Of a DNA stretch of 64,000 bases, positions 1-11,237 are shown one piece after another (position 1 is the first letter of the stretch; every line of letters starts with the position of its first letter). Under the pieces are notes generated by a model. It was not told the DNA's origin. It did not search any database and saw only the letters and a program-made list of their open reading frames with translations. Source of the DNA: an uncultured delta proteobacterium (GTDB taxonomy: Bacteria > Desulfobacterota > Binatia > Binatales > Binataceae); NCBI GenBank assembly GCA_963721485.1, contig CAVRJV010000014.1:6373-70372 (forward strand). Reading direction: 5' to 3'. Both the position numbers and the translations under genes were made by a program.

Positions 1-405
1 GTCTCCGCGTCGCCCATCTTGATCAGGGCGAATCGCTCGTCGCCGTCGAGCCGCGACCAGACCGCGTTGCTGAGATCGAAGCCCGCCGCGCGCGCATGCG
101 ACGACGACTCGGTCCGGCGGCGACGCGGGCGGTTCCGCCGACGCTCTTTGCGCATCGGTGAGAATCTTCGGCTCGATGCCGAATCGTCGCTGCATCGCCT
201 CGCGAATGAAGACGCCAAGCGCTTCGCACTCCTCGGTGGAATCGACGGGCAGATGGCAGATTGCGAGCCGCTCACCGCGGTCGAGGGACTTCCATTGCTC
301 GAGTCCGATTTTCAAGCCGACGCGATCGAGCTTGCGTCGCACCGCCATCGGGACACATTGCAGGCTTTCATGCATCTCGTCTTCGAATTTGAATTTGCGG
401 ATCAT
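1..405 (-). CDS. nitrate reductase-associated protein (TIGR02664-like); 3' end runs off the window; reading frame broken once
   Basis: ATG at 405-403 preceded by GGAGG. Reads MIRKFKFEDEMHESLQCVPMAVRRKLDRVGLKIGLEQWKSLDRGERLAICHLP. The family C-terminal motif (WSRLDGDERFALIKMGDAE) is readable only after a 1-nt shift in the CG-repeat near 85-100. Confidence 0.6.
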   Translation of the reverse strand, partial: MIRKFKFEDEMHESLQCVPMAVRRKLDRVGLKIGLEQWKSLDRGERLAICHLPVDSTEECEALGVFIREAMQRRFGIEPKILTDAQRASAEPPASPPDRVVVACARGGLRSQQRGLVAARRRRAIRPDQDGRRGD

Positions 406-435
406 GTGAACCTCCGGCTCGCGGCGCAGTTGTCA

Positions 436-452
436 GGTTGCAATATGCAACC
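436..452. promoter_or_regulatory. perfect 7-3-7 palindrome GGTTGCA-ATA-TGCAACC in the divergent promoter region; candidate operator
   Basis: Read directly from the sequence. It lies between the divergent starts at 405 (-) and 500 (+). Confidence 0.35.
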
Positions 453-499
453 GGCGGGATCAAGATCGCCGGCATCAATCGTGGTATAGCGATCGATAG

Positions 500-1007
500 G
501 TGGCTGCGATGAATTCCAGAAATGGCGATGCCGGCCGGGACGCCTCGATGATTGATAACATCGTCGCGGAGCTGGCCGACAAGCCGGGCGCGCTGATGCC
601 GGTGCTGCACGCGATTCAGGATCGCGTCGGTTACATTCCGCCGGAGGCCGTGCCGGCGATTGCGCGAGCGCTGAATCTCTCGCGCGCCGAGGTTCACGGC
701 GTCGTCAGCTTCTATCACGATTTTCGCACTCAAGCCGCCCGGCCGCAAAATCATTCGCGTATGCCGCGCCGAGTCGTGCCAGGCGATGGGCGCGGTCGCG
801 CTCGCGGAGCATATTCAGAGACGCCTCGGAATCGATTTCGGACAGACCAGCGACAACGGCGATTTCACGCTCGAGCCGGTTTACTGCCTCGGCAACTGCG
901 CATGCTCGCCGGCGATTGTCGTCGGCGACGATCTCTACGGCCGCGTCAGTCCGGAGCGCTTCGACGAAATATTTTCGAGCGTCACGTCGTCGAGGTCGTC
1001 GCGATGA
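500..1007 (+). CDS. fdsG: NAD-dependent formate dehydrogenase gamma subunit (NuoE-like 2Fe-2S); one frame break near 735-745
   Basis: [45 protein letters not shown] in the frame of ORF 500, continuing as [25 protein letters not shown]...[18 protein letters not shown] in the frame of ORF 786. The stop overlaps the next start (ATGA at 1004-1007). The start could also be the ATG at 548. Confidence 0.8.
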
Positions 1008-2607
1008 CGACGGTCGTGTACGTTCCGCGCGACTCGAGCGCAGTGTCGCTCGGCGCCGAGGCGGTCGCCGAGGCGATTCGCGAGTGAGGCGGCAGTCGCG
1101 CAAGCTGCGACGTAAAGATCGTGCGCAACGGCTCGCGCGGGATGTTCTCGCTTGAGCCGATGGTCGAGGTCGCGACCAGCGGCGGGCGGATCGCGTACGG
1201 GCCGGTCGCGGCGCGCGAGGTCGCCTCGCTGTTCGACGCCGAATTTTCTTGACGGCCGCGCGCATCGCCTGCGTCTCGGCGTCGCCGACGAGATACCTTG
1301 GCTCAAGTCGCAGACGCGGCTGACGTTCGCGCGCGCGGGAGTGACCGATCCGGTTTCGCTCGACGACTACATCGCGCATGGCGGATATCGCGGCCTGAAG
1401 CGCGCGATCGAGCTGGGCGCGGACGCAGTTATCGCCGAGGTCACCAAGTCGGGTCTGCGCGGCCGTGGCGGCGCCGGATTTCCCGCCGGCATAAAGTGGA
1501 AGACCGCGGCCGACGCGTCGGCGACGCCGAAGTACGTCGTCTGCAACGCCGACGAGGGCGACTCCGGCACCTTCTCCGACCGCATGATCATGGAGGGCGA
1601 TCCGTTCGTGCTGATCGAAGGGATGACGATCGCGGCGCTCGCCGTCGGCGCGACGCAGGGTTACATCTACCTGCGCTCCGAGTATCCGCATGCGCGTCGC
1701 GCGCTGAACGAGGCGATCGCGACGGCCTATTCGACTGGCTATCTCGGCGCGAACGTTCTCGGCACCGGCAAACGTTCGATCTCGAGATTCGGCTCGGCGC
1801 CGGCGCGTACATCTGCGGCGAGGAAACCGCGATGCTCGAAAGCCTCGAGGGGCGAGCGCGGGATGGTGCGCTTCAAGCCGCCGATTCCCGCGATCGAAGG
1901 GCTGTTCGGCAAGCCGACGCTGATCAACAACGTGGTCTCGTTCGCGACGGTGCCGATCATCCTCGAGCGCGGCGGCGAATTCTTTCGCGAATTACGGCGC
2001 CGGCAACTCGCGCGGCACGATCCCGATTCAACTCGCCGGCAACGTCGAAGCGTCCGGGACTGATCGAAACGCCGATGGGCGTGACGCTGCGCGAAATCGT
2101 TGACGACTACGGTGGCGGCACCGCCAGCGGCAGGCCGGTTCGCGCGGTGCAGGTCGGCGGACCGCTGGGCGCGTACTTTTCCGGACGCGATGCTCGACAT
2201 GGCGCTGGACTACGAATCGATCGCGGCGCGCGGCGGAATCCTCGGCCACGGCGGAATCGTCGTGTTTGACGACACCGTCGATATGGCGCGGATGGCGCGC
2301 TACGCGATGGAGTTCTGCGCGATCGAATCGTGCGGCAAATGCACGCCGTGCCGAATCGGCTCGATTCGCGGCACCGAGTTGATCGACGACATCGTGAATC
2401 GCCGGCGGGCGCGCGAGAATCTCGAAGTGCTGCGCGACTTGTGCGACACGATGAAGTTCGGATCGCTGTGCGCGCTCGGCGGCCTGACGCCGCTGCCGGT
2501 GCTGAGCGCGCTCAAATATTTTCCGCGAGGATTTCGGTCTGACGGCCGCGCGACGTGGATTTCATCGGCGCCGATCTGACGATCTCGCCGCCTGTAGCAG
2601 GTGGTAA
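1004..2607 (+). CDS. fdsB: NAD-dependent formate dehydrogenase beta subunit (NuoF-like, FMN/NAD/4Fe-4S); many frame breaks; 3' end uncertain (2579 or 2607)
   Basis: Motifs [52 protein letters not shown] and [12 protein letters not shown], recovered from three frames (ORFs 1152-2063, 1298-2269, 2100-2579). N-terminus [21 protein letters not shown]. An in-frame TGA at 1085 is bypassed by a shift out and back. Confidence 0.8.
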
Positions 2608-2611
2608 CACC

Positions 2612-5600
2612 ATGCGATCGCGTAGCGACAACGATTTCGCGACACCGCTTCGTCGCCGGAGCAAAGGTCGTCGCGCTGGAGATCGACGGACGCGTCGTGG
2701 CCGTGCCCGAAGGCACGTCGGTGATTCGCGCGGCGGCGGAGGCCGGCATCCACGTTCCGAAGCTGTGCGCGACCGATTCGCTGGAGCCGTTCGGCTCATG
2801 CCGCTTGTGCCTGGTCGAAGTCGAAGGCAGCGCGGTTATCCCGCGTCGTGCACGACGCCGGTGCGCGCCGGGAATGAAGGTGCGCACCGAGAGTCCCGCG
2901 CTCGCGCGAGCTGCGGCGCGGCGTGATGGAGCTGTACATTTCCGATCATCCGCTCGACTGCCTGACCTGTCCCGCCAACGGCAACTGCGAGCTGCAGGAG
3001 ATGGCGGGCGCGGTCGGGCTGCGCGAGGTGCGCTACCGCAACGGCGACGGCGCGAATCATCTGCACGCGGAGAAGGATCGATTCGAATCCGTATTTCACT
3101 TTCGATCCGTCGAAATGCATCGTGTGCTCGCGATGCGTCCGCGCGTGCGAGGAAGTGCAGGGCACCTTCGCGCTGACGATCGACGGCCGCGGATTTTCGT
3201 CGGTGATTTCGCCGGGACAGAACGGCCCGTTCTCGGCGTCCGAATGCGTTTCGTGCGGCGCCTGCGTGCAGGCATGTCCGACCGCGACGTTGATGGAAAA
3301 ATCGGTGGTCGAGCTCGGCCAGCCGGATCACAGCGTCGTCACCACCTGCGGATACTGCGGCGTCGGATGCTCGTTCAGCGCCGAGATGAAAGGCGACCTC
3401 GTCGCGCGCATGGTGCCGAACCCCAACGGACAGGCCAATCACGGCCACTCTTGCGTCAAGGGCCGCTTCGCGTGGGGCTACACGACGCATCCCGATCGCG
3501 TGACGCGGCCGATGATCCGCAAATCGATCGATCAGCCATGGCGCGAGGTTTCGTGGCACGAGGCGATCGATTACGCGGCGTCGGAGTTCAAGCGCATCCA
3601 GGAAAAGCACGGGCGCGGCGCGGTTGGCGCGATCACGTCCTCGCGATGCACCAACGAGGAAACCTTTCTCGTGCAGAAGCTGGTGCGCGCCGCGCTTCGG
3701 CAACAACAACGTCGATACCTGCGCGCGCGTTTGCCATTCGCCGACCGGTTACGGACTCAAGACAGCGTTCGGCACGTCGGCGACGACGCAGGACTTCGAT
3801 TCGGTGATGCAGGCCGACGTGATCATGGTGATCGGCGCCAACGTCACCGAAGGGCATCCGGTGTTCGCGGCGCAGATGAAGCGCCGGATGCGCCAGGGCG
3901 CGAAGCTGATCGTCGTCGATCCTCGCGTCACTGAAATCGTGCGGCTGCCGCACGTGCAGGCGTCGTATCATCTGCAACTCCGGCCCGGCACCAACGTCGC
4001 GCTCATCAATGCGATTGCGCATGTGGTCGTGACGGAGGGACTCACCGACGAAGAGTTTGCGGCGGCGCGATGCGACCCGCATGAGTTCGAGGCGTGGAAG
4101 AAATTCGTCGCGGCGCCGCACAATTCGCCGGAGGCGACGGAGAAGATTACCGGCGTGTCTGCCGAAAAGGTTCGCGCGGCGGCGCGTCTGTATGCCGGCG
4201 CACCGAACGGCGCGATCTACTATGGCCTCGGCGTCACCGAGCACAGCCAGGGCAGCACGATGGTGCTGGGGATCGCGAACCTCGCGATGGCGACCGGCAA
4301 TATCGGGCGTCCCGGAGTCGGCGTGAATCCGCTGCGCGGGCAGAACAACGTGCAAGGCTCATGCGACATGGGCTCGTTCCCGCATGAGTTCAGCGGCTAT
4401 CGCCATATTTCCGACGAACTGGTGCGCGCGAGTTTCGATGCGGCGTGGGGCGTGCGCGTCGATCCCGAACCGGGCCTGCGCATTCCCAATATGTTCGACG
4501 CCGCGCTCGACGGCAGCTTCAAGGGCCTCTACGTGCAGGGCGAAGACGTCGCGCAATCCGAGCCCAACGGCCATCACGTGGCGGCGGCGCTGCGCGCGAT
4601 GGAATGCGTCGTCGTGCAGGATTTGTTCTTCAACGAGACCGCGAAATATGCGCACGTTTTTCTGCCGGGGTCGTCGTTTCTCGAGAAGAACGGCACCTTC
4701 ACCAACAGCGAGCGGCGAATCTCGATGGTGCGCAAGGTCGCGGCGCCGCTCGCCGGCAAGGAAGATTGGGAAATCACCTGCGAGCTTGCGAACGCGCTCG
4801 GCTATCCGATGAAGTATGCGCATCCGTCGGAAATCATGGACGAGATCGCGCGGCTGACTCCGACTTTCTCCGGCGTCAGCTACGAAAAGATCGAGCGGCT
4901 CGGCTCCGTGCAATGGCCCTGCAACGACGCCGCTCCGACCGGCACTCCGACGATGCATGCGGACTATTTCGTGCGCGGCAAGGGCCGGTTCACGATTACC
5001 GAATATGTACCCACTGAAGAACGCACCAACTCGGAGTACCCGTTGATACTGACTACTGGCCGAATACTCAGTCAGTACAATGTTGGTACTCAGACGCGGC
5101 GCACGCTGAATGCGACGATGCATGCCGAGGATCGCCTCGAGATACATCCGAGCGACGCGGAGCTGCGCGGCATCCGCGACGGCGAATGGCTCGTGGTGCG
5201 AGCGCGGCGCGGTGAGACGCGATTGCGCGCGCTGGTGACGGAGCGCGTCCAACCCGGCGTTGTATATACGACGTTTCATCATCCGGAATCGCGCACCAAT
5301 GATTTGATGACCGAGCATTCCGATTGGGCGACCAACTGTCCCGAGTTCAAGGTCACTGCCGTGCAGGTGTCGCCGGAGCGCTTGAGAAATGGGCACAAGC
5401 ATTTGGACACTGAAACTCAAGTAGCTAATGGCGATGCTCACGCGACGGATATTCATCACCTGATCATGATGGCCAATGATATCGGCGCGTACTTCGCGGG
5501 CTATCCGGATCGCGAAGAAGCCGCGGAAGGCGTCGCGAACCATCTTCGCAATTTCTGGGAGGCTCGTATGCGCCGCGAGATCGTCGACTACGCGGCAAAG

Positions 5601-5693
5601 GGCGGCGGCGAACTGAGCCCGCTCGTGCGCCTGGCCGTCTCATACATCGCGACCGAGTCGGTCCCTGATTCGGAAGAAGTCGGCGAGGGATGA
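2612..5693 (+). CDS. fdsA: NAD-dependent formate dehydrogenase alpha subunit (Fe-S plus Mo-bisPGD) with a C-terminal FdsD-like extension; about 6 frame breaks between 2640 and 3700; intact from 3624
   Basis: AGGTGG RBS before ATG 2612. Motifs LCATDSLEPFGSCRLCLVEVEG, DHPLDCLTCPANGNCELQ, CIVCSRCVRACEEVQG, CVSCGACVQACPT, TTCGYCGVGCS and ARVCHSPTG (Cys codon TGC, not Sec). Tail HLIMMANDIGAYFAGYP...HLRNFWEARMRREI resembles FdsD. Confidence 0.9.
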
Positions 5694-6556
5694 AAACCGA
5701 TTCCGCGCACATCCCCACTGATGAGGCCGCGGTTGAAGGCACTCGCGACGAAGTTCGAGAGCATCGCGCACTAAGGTGGCGCGGCGGCACGGCCTCGGAG
5801 GGCACTGAGAAACTCGCGGTTGAAGAACCGCTCGAGATAAGACTCGCCGGCCGTCGCTTCACGCTCACGATGCGCACTCCGGGACATGATGAGGAACTCG
5901 CAGCGGGCTTTCTGTTTGCCGAGGGCTTCATCAACGACGTGAGCGAGCTCGGCGAGATTCGGCGCGTGCGCGGACGCAAGGGCGCGGCTGAGCCCAACGC
6001 CATCGACATCATTCTGAATGTGCCCGCCGACGGACTGCGCGCGCGGCTCAAGCGCAACTTCGTGATGAGCTCGAGTTGCGGCGTATGCGGCAAGACCAGC
6101 ATCGAGTCGATTCGACGCCGCGTCGCGCCGCCGTCGGATTCCGCACGGGTGGCGCCGGCCACGCTGCTCGCGCTGTCGGAGAAGCTCCGCGGCGGCCAGC
6201 GCGTGTTTGCCGCGACCGGCGGACTCCACGGTGCCGCCATCTTTTCACTGGACGGCGCGATGCTCGCGATTCGCGAGGACGTCGGCCGTCACAACGCGGT
6301 GGACAAGGTGATCGGCTATGCGCTGACGAATGCGATGGTGCCGCTGGAGCAACATATTATCATGGTCAGCGGACGCCTCAGCTTCGAGATCGTGCAGAAA
6401 GCTGCCGCCGCGGGCGTGCCGATTCTCGCCGCGGTCTCCGCGCCGTCATCACTGGCGGTGGAGCTTGCCGAAGAAGTCGGCACGACGCTGGTCGGCTTCC
6501 TGCGCGATGGCAGCTTCAACATCTACACACGCCCCGACCGCATTTCGCGCCCGTGA
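5690..6556 (+). CDS. fdhD: formate dehydrogenase accessory sulfurtransferase FdhD/FdsC
   Basis: Intact 288-aa ORF. The ATG overlaps the fdsA stop (ATGA). Motifs SSCGVCGKTSIESI and GRHNAVDKVIG are typical of FdhD. Confidence 0.85.
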   Translation: MKTDSAHIPTDEAAVEGTRDEVREHRALRWRGGTASEGTEKLAVEEPLEIRLAGRRFTLTMRTPGHDEELAAGFLFAEGFINDVSELGEIRRVRGRKGAAEPNAIDIILNVPADGLRARLKRNFVMSSSCGVCGKTSIESIRRRVAPPSDSARVAPATLLALSEKLRGGQRVFAATGGLHGAAIFSLDGAMLAIREDVGRHNAVDKVIGYALTNAMVPLEQHIIMVSGRLSFEIVQKAAAAGVPILAAVSAPSSLAVELAEEVGTTLVGFLRDGSFNIYTRPDRISRP

Positions 6557-7362
6557 GTGAATCTGAAAAGTACGATCTGTCCATCTACGAGGGCACCGCG
6601 TCGTACTACTCGCGGTATCGTCCCAAGTATCCGCCGTCGCTCGTAAGCCTTCTGCGCGAGCATTTTCGACTCGACGGCACGGGCAGGCTGCTCGATCTCG
6701 GTTGTGGACCGGGGCCGGTCGCGATTGCGCTCGCGCATCTGTTCGAGGAAGTACTCGCGATGGATCCCGATGACGCGATGCGCGCCGAGGGCGAGCGCAT
6801 AGCGCGCGAATGCGGTACCACCAATATCGAATGGCGATTCGGCGGCTCGAAGGACTTGTCGCCGGCGTTGGGACAGTTCCGCCTCGTCACGATGGGCAAC
6901 TCGTTCCATTGGATGGATCGCACGCGCACGCTCGACGCGCTCTACGATCTCGTGACGGACGGCGGCGGCATCGCGGTGGTGGGCGAGGGCGCTACGATTC
7001 CTCGTCCGCCCCCGACTCGATGGCGAGCGGCCATCAACACGGTGCTGAAGCGCTATCTTCCCGAAAGAGAACAGTCGTGGGAAAACCCGGGTCCGCCGCC
7101 CGAGGAGCGTCACGAGACATACATCGTGCGATCTCGCTTCAAGGATCTCATCAGCTACAGCGAATCGTTCGACGTCGAATGGACGGTCGAGTCTATGATC
7201 GGGAATCTCTTCTCGATGTCTTTCTGCAGCCGGCGGGTGCTCGGCGATCGCGTCGACGCGTTCGAACGCGACCTCCGCGCCGCGATTCTGGCCGCCGAGC
7301 CGTCGGGCATTCTGCGGGGAGAACCGCCTGAGTTTTTCGCGTACCTGGCGTGGAAGCGCTGA
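6553..7362 (+). CDS. class I SAM-dependent methyltransferase
   Basis: GTG at 6553 overlaps the fdhD stop (GTGA). SAM-binding motif LLDLGCGPGPVAIALA. The upstream part of ORF 6076-7362 overlaps fdhD and is not coding. Confidence 0.7.
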   Translation: MSESEKYDLSIYEGTASYYSRYRPKYPPSLVSLLREHFRLDGTGRLLDLGCGPGPVAIALAHLFEEVLAMDPDDAMRAEGERIARECGTTNIEWRFGGSKDLSPALGQFRLVTMGNSFHWMDRTRTLDALYDLVTDGGGIAVVGEGATIPRPPPTRWRAAINTVLKRYLPEREQSWENPGPPPEERHETYIVRSRFKDLISYSESFDVEWTVESMIGNLFSMSFCSRRVLGDRVDAFERDLRAAILAAEPSGILRGEPPEFFAYLAWKR

Positions 7363-7440
7363 GCGCCAGCGGCTTCGACGATCCTCTTGAGCGTGCTATC
7401 CGACCGGCGATACTCTGTGTGATCATGTCGGAGTCGTCGA

Positions 7441-9199
7441 ATGTACCCGCGTAAGCGCGCGCTCGAACGCATCGCACGCGAAAAAGTGCTCTACGCGCGC
7501 CAGCCCGGCGGCGACATTTCCGTCTGCGTCATCTATCCCAACACGTACCGGCTCGGGATGGCGAACCTTGGGTTCCAGGCCGTGTTCCATATCTTCGAAT
7601 CCGATCCGTCGGTCGCCGCGGATCGCGCTTTCCTCCCCGACGCCGATGAGCGCGAGTCTTTCCGCGAGGGCGGCGAGCGTCTCGTGTCGTTCGAGCGCGG
7701 CCGTCCGCTCTCCGACTTCGACATCCTGGCGTTTTCGATCTCTTTCGAGACTGACTATCTCAACGTCTTGAGCGTCTTGCGCATGGCCGGCATTCCCGCT
7801 CGACGCGCCGATCGCACGGGCCGAAAGTTTCCGCTGATCATTGCCGGCGGATCCGCCGTGTTTCTCAATCCCGAACCGATCGCCGACTTCATCGATCTGT
7901 TTCTGATTGGCGAGGGCGAAGAGATGGTGCCGGAGTTCATCGAGTGCTGGGACGCGACGCGCGGATCGCCGAATCGACTGCGCGAGCTCGCATCCGTCGC
8001 GGGCGCTTATCTTCCTGACTTTTACGAACCGGTTTACGACGATGCCGGCCGGCTCGCGACCGTGAAATACTCCGGCCCCGGTAGTGCGCAGGTGAATCGC
8101 CGCCTGATTCGCGACCTCAACCGCTTCACCACGTCATCGCTGATTCTCACGGAGGAGTCGGTCTTCGGCGACATGTTCCTGGTCGAGGCGAGTCGCGGAT
8201 GCCAATGGGGATGCCGCTTCTGCGCGGCGGGTTTCATGTACCGCCCGATTCGTTATCGCGCGCCCGAAATGCTGATCGCTGAGGCCGAGCGTGGTCTTGG
8301 CGAGCGCAAGGTGATCGGCCTCGTCGGCGCCGAGATGGCGAGCGTGCCCGGCGTCGCCGAGATCGCGTCGGCGGTCGTCGATCGCGGCGGGCGGCTTTCA
8401 CCGTCATCGCTGAAGGCCGATTGCATTTCGCCTGCGCTCGCATCGGCGTTGGCGCGCGGTGGAAATCAGAGCGTGACCGTCGCGCCGGAGGCCGGCAGCG
8501 AGCGGATGCGTAAGGTCATCAACAAGAATCTCACCGAAGCCGAAATCCTGAGCGCGGCCGAGATGATGCTGGGCGAGGGCGTCGGCAACCTGAAATTTTA
8601 TTTCATGATCGGCCTGCCCGAGGAACGCGACGAGGACGTGCTCGCGATCGCCGACCTCGTTGCCAAGGTGCTCGAACGTGCCCGCGCGCGACGCACGCGT
8701 ATCGGCTCGGTGACCGTGTCGTTGAACCCCTTTGTTCCCAAGCCGTGGACGCCGTTTCAATGGGACCCGATGCAGGACGCGCGATCGATCAAGCGCAAGG
8801 TCGCCATGTTGCGTCAGCGACTCGCGCGGCTGGGGCAGGTCGAGCTCGACGCCGAGTCGCCGCGCGAGGCGTATTTTCAGACGATGGTCTCGCGAGGAGA
8901 TCGCCGCGTCGCTGGTATCCTCGAACGGCTCGAAGCCGTGGGATGTGAGACTGCCGGGCCTATCTGGCACGAGCTGCTCGAAGATTCATCGCGAGGTTCA
9001 GGCGGGAGAGAATACGTTGCTGCCCGATCCTGACTTTTTCGTCACGCGTCAGTATGTCCACGACGAGCTGCTGCCGTGGGACTTTATCGATCACCATATT
9101 TTCAAATGGTTTCTGCTCGCCGAGCGCAAGAAGGCGCATCATGAGCATCAGAGTCCGCCGTGCGATGTCGAGCGATGCACGGTGTGCGGCAGTTGCTAG
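7441..9199 (+). CDS. radical SAM protein (B12-binding-like N-terminal domain, TIGR03960-like); one frame break near 8975
   Basis: CxxxCxxC motif in EASRGCQWGCRFCAAGFMYRP. The C-terminus continues in the frame of ORF 8732-9199 (LPWDFIDHHIFKWFLLAERKKA...CTVCGSC). Confidence 0.7.
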
Positions 9200-9235
9200 A
9201 CTAGAAGAGCAAGCTGGGAGGAGAGGAAGAGGGAC

Positions 9236-9919
9236 ATGGTTCATCGCAATTTTCGTTCAGTGCGGATGATGGCTATTGCGGTCGCGATCGCGACGACGAT
9301 CGCGTTTTCGGCGCCTGTTTTCGCGGCGCCAATCGGCGAGGAGGACGTTCCTTCGACATCTGTAGTTCCTGCCGAAGGGCCAAACGGCGCTGCGCCCGCC
9401 AATTCTCCGGCGTCCGCGACGAGTCCGTCGGCGCCATCGAGCAAGACCTGGATGCCCCCGCCGCCGGGAATCAAGCTAGCCTCGCCTTCGCACCACGCGT
9501 CGACTAGAAACGGCGTCCACGAACCGGAGATCGAACCGGCGCAGGCGCGCATGAGGGTGCTGAATGCCGGGCCGGTCTATTCCGCGCCCTCAAAGAGCAG
9601 CAAGCACATCGAGCAGCTCGAACCCGGCAAGTTCGTCGAGGTGACGGGCGCCACTCACTACTATCTGCAGGTGAAGCTGAAGTCCGGACAGACCGGCTAC
9701 ATCGATCCGTCGGCGGTCGAGCTGGTCAAGCCGGTCGACAAAGTCTTCGTCCTCTCGCATGACGCCGGTGTCCTCGACAAACCAAATCGATGGGGCAAGA
9801 AACTCGCCGAGGTTCATCAGGGACACAACGTTCATGTCGTCGGCCTGTCGCTGAACTACATGAGAATCAGGATGAAGAGCGGCCTCGAAGGCTATATCCC
9901 GATGACCGCGCTCGAATAG
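9236..9919 (+). CDS. secreted protein with two bacterial SH3-like domains
   Basis: Signal peptide MMAIAVAIATTIAFSAPVFAAP and an Ala/Pro/Ser linker. Two repeats end in GQTGYIDPSAVELV and GLEGYIPMTALE. Confidence 0.55.
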   Translation: MVHRNFRSVRMMAIAVAIATTIAFSAPVFAAPIGEEDVPSTSVVPAEGPNGAAPANSPASATSPSAPSSKTWMPPPPGIKLASPSHHASTRNGVHEPEIEPAQARMRVLNAGPVYSAPSKSSKHIEQLEPGKFVEVTGATHYYLQVKLKSGQTGYIDPSAVELVKPVDKVFVLSHDAGVLDKPNRWGKKLAEVHQGHNVHVVGLSLNYMRIRMKSGLEGYIPMTALE

Positions 9920-9960
9920 TTTTCGCACTCGACGATCCCCCTGTCGGCTCGCTATAAGTC

Positions 9961-11220
9961 TTGGCGAGGAAGCATCTGATGACGGATAGGGAACGCCAGG
10001 GTTGGATCATCGTCGCGAGCCTGTTCGTGGTGCTGGTATTCGTTTTCGGGTCCGGCTACAACACCGGCGGCCTGTTCTTTCCGCATCTGCTGAAACATTT
10101 CGGATGGTCGCGCACGCAAGTCTCGACCCTCCAGGGCTTTGCGCTGCCGATTTCCGCGGGGCTCTGCGCTCCTTTAATCGGATGGCTGCTCGACCGCGTC
10201 GAGGCGCGAATCGTCATGGTGGCCGGCGTGATCATGACCGGCACTTCATTTCTAATCGCCAGCCGCGTCGATTCGTTCGGGCCATTGTTCGGCGCTTACG
10301 TGCTGCTCGGCGTCGGTATCGGCGCGTCGACGCTCCTGCCGTGCGCATTGGTGATCTCCAACTGGTTCGGTGCGCGCCGCGGGCTTGCGATGGGCATAGC
10401 GTTCGCGGGCACCTCACTCGGCGGCGCTGCGATGACGCTGGTCGGTAACTTCGCGATCATCCGCGGCGGCTGGCGCGCCGGTTACATCGCGCTGGCGATT
10501 CCGATGTTCCTGGTCGTTGTTCCGCTGATAATTTTCGTCGTGAAGACCCGGCCGCCGCAGGCCGAGGGCATCACCGTCGCGCAGGCCAGCGACGCGTTGC
10601 CTGGTTTCGAGTTGCGCGAGGCGTTCCGCTCCCGATCGTTCTGGATGATTTCGGCGGCGCAGTTTTTCTTCGCGGCCGTGGCCGCCGGCGCCGGACTCCA
10701 TCTGATCACCTACCTTACTGAACTCGGCTACACGGCGTCATTCGCGGCCGCTATGGCGAGCTTGGTGCTCGTGTTCGCCGCGTTCGGCAAGCTCGGGATG
10801 GGCCTGTTCGCGGATCGGGTGAGCGCAAGAATCGCGCTGACCTGCAATTTTTTACTCGCCAGCGTCGGAATGATCCTGATCTTCGGCGCGGCGCGAACCG
10901 CCGTGCTGATTCCGTTCGTGCTGATTTTCGGTTTGTCGCTGGGCGCGCCGCTGGTGCTGATCCCGATGCTGGTGGCGGAGTCGCTCGGGCTCAAGCGCTT
11001 CGGCTCGATCGGCGGCATCGCCGGCATCTTCAATACGATTGGTGCGTTCGTCGGCCCGGTCGGCGCAGGCAAGATCTACGATCTCACCGGCAGCTACGTC
11101 CCCGCCTTCGAAGCGTTCGTCGTGATGTGCATCCTGGGCGCGGCGGTAACCTATTCGTGCCGTTCGTTCGAATCCGAACAGTCCCGCCAAACCGCAGCGC
11201 CTGTTCCGGTGACGGCGTAG
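9961..11220 (+). CDS. MFS transporter
   Basis: Intact ORF with about 12 hydrophobic segments and an MFS-like loop motif (LLDRVEARIVMV). The start may be the ATG at 9979 rather than the TTG at 9961. Confidence 0.75.
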   Translation: MARKHLMTDRERQGWIIVASLFVVLVFVFGSGYNTGGLFFPHLLKHFGWSRTQVSTLQGFALPISAGLCAPLIGWLLDRVEARIVMVAGVIMTGTSFLIASRVDSFGPLFGAYVLLGVGIGASTLLPCALVISNWFGARRGLAMGIAFAGTSLGGAAMTLVGNFAIIRGGWRAGYIALAIPMFLVVVPLIIFVVKTRPPQAEGITVAQASDALPGFELREAFRSRSFWMISAAQFFFAAVAAGAGLHLITYLTELGYTASFAAAMASLVLVFAAFGKLGMGLFADRVSARIALTCNFLLASVGMILIFGAARTAVLIPFVLIFGLSLGAPLVLIPMLVAESLGLKRFGSIGGIAGIFNTIGAFVGPVGAGKIYDLTGSYVPAFEAFVVMCILGAAVTYSCRSFESEQSRQTAAPVPVTA

Positions 11221-11237
11221 CGCGGATTTGCGAACGC

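Noticed and set aside
1085-1087. In-frame TGA inside fdsB as a recoding or selenocysteine site.
   Set aside because: The flanking about 35 nt read more plausibly in a neighbouring frame ([10 protein letters not shown]). This aligns with the equivalent Ala-rich segment of characterised FdsB, so a paired shift out and back explains it better than recoding.
705-1691. Long antisense or alternative-frame ORFs. Examples: 705-1691(-), 2300-3709(-), 4359-5543(-), 18720-19709(-), 20653-21891(+), 43584-44597(-), 52385-53473(+), 52722-53699(-).
   Set aside because: They lie opposite or out of frame to genes with clear family motifs. They are Arg/Ala/Pro-rich, as expected for stop-poor frames in GC-rich DNA, and none has a recognisable motif.
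3725-3745. Possible selenocysteine in the formate dehydrogenase active site.
   Set aside because: The active-site residue in ARVCHSPTG is encoded by TGC (Cys). There is no in-frame TGA here, so no SECIS element needs to be invoked.
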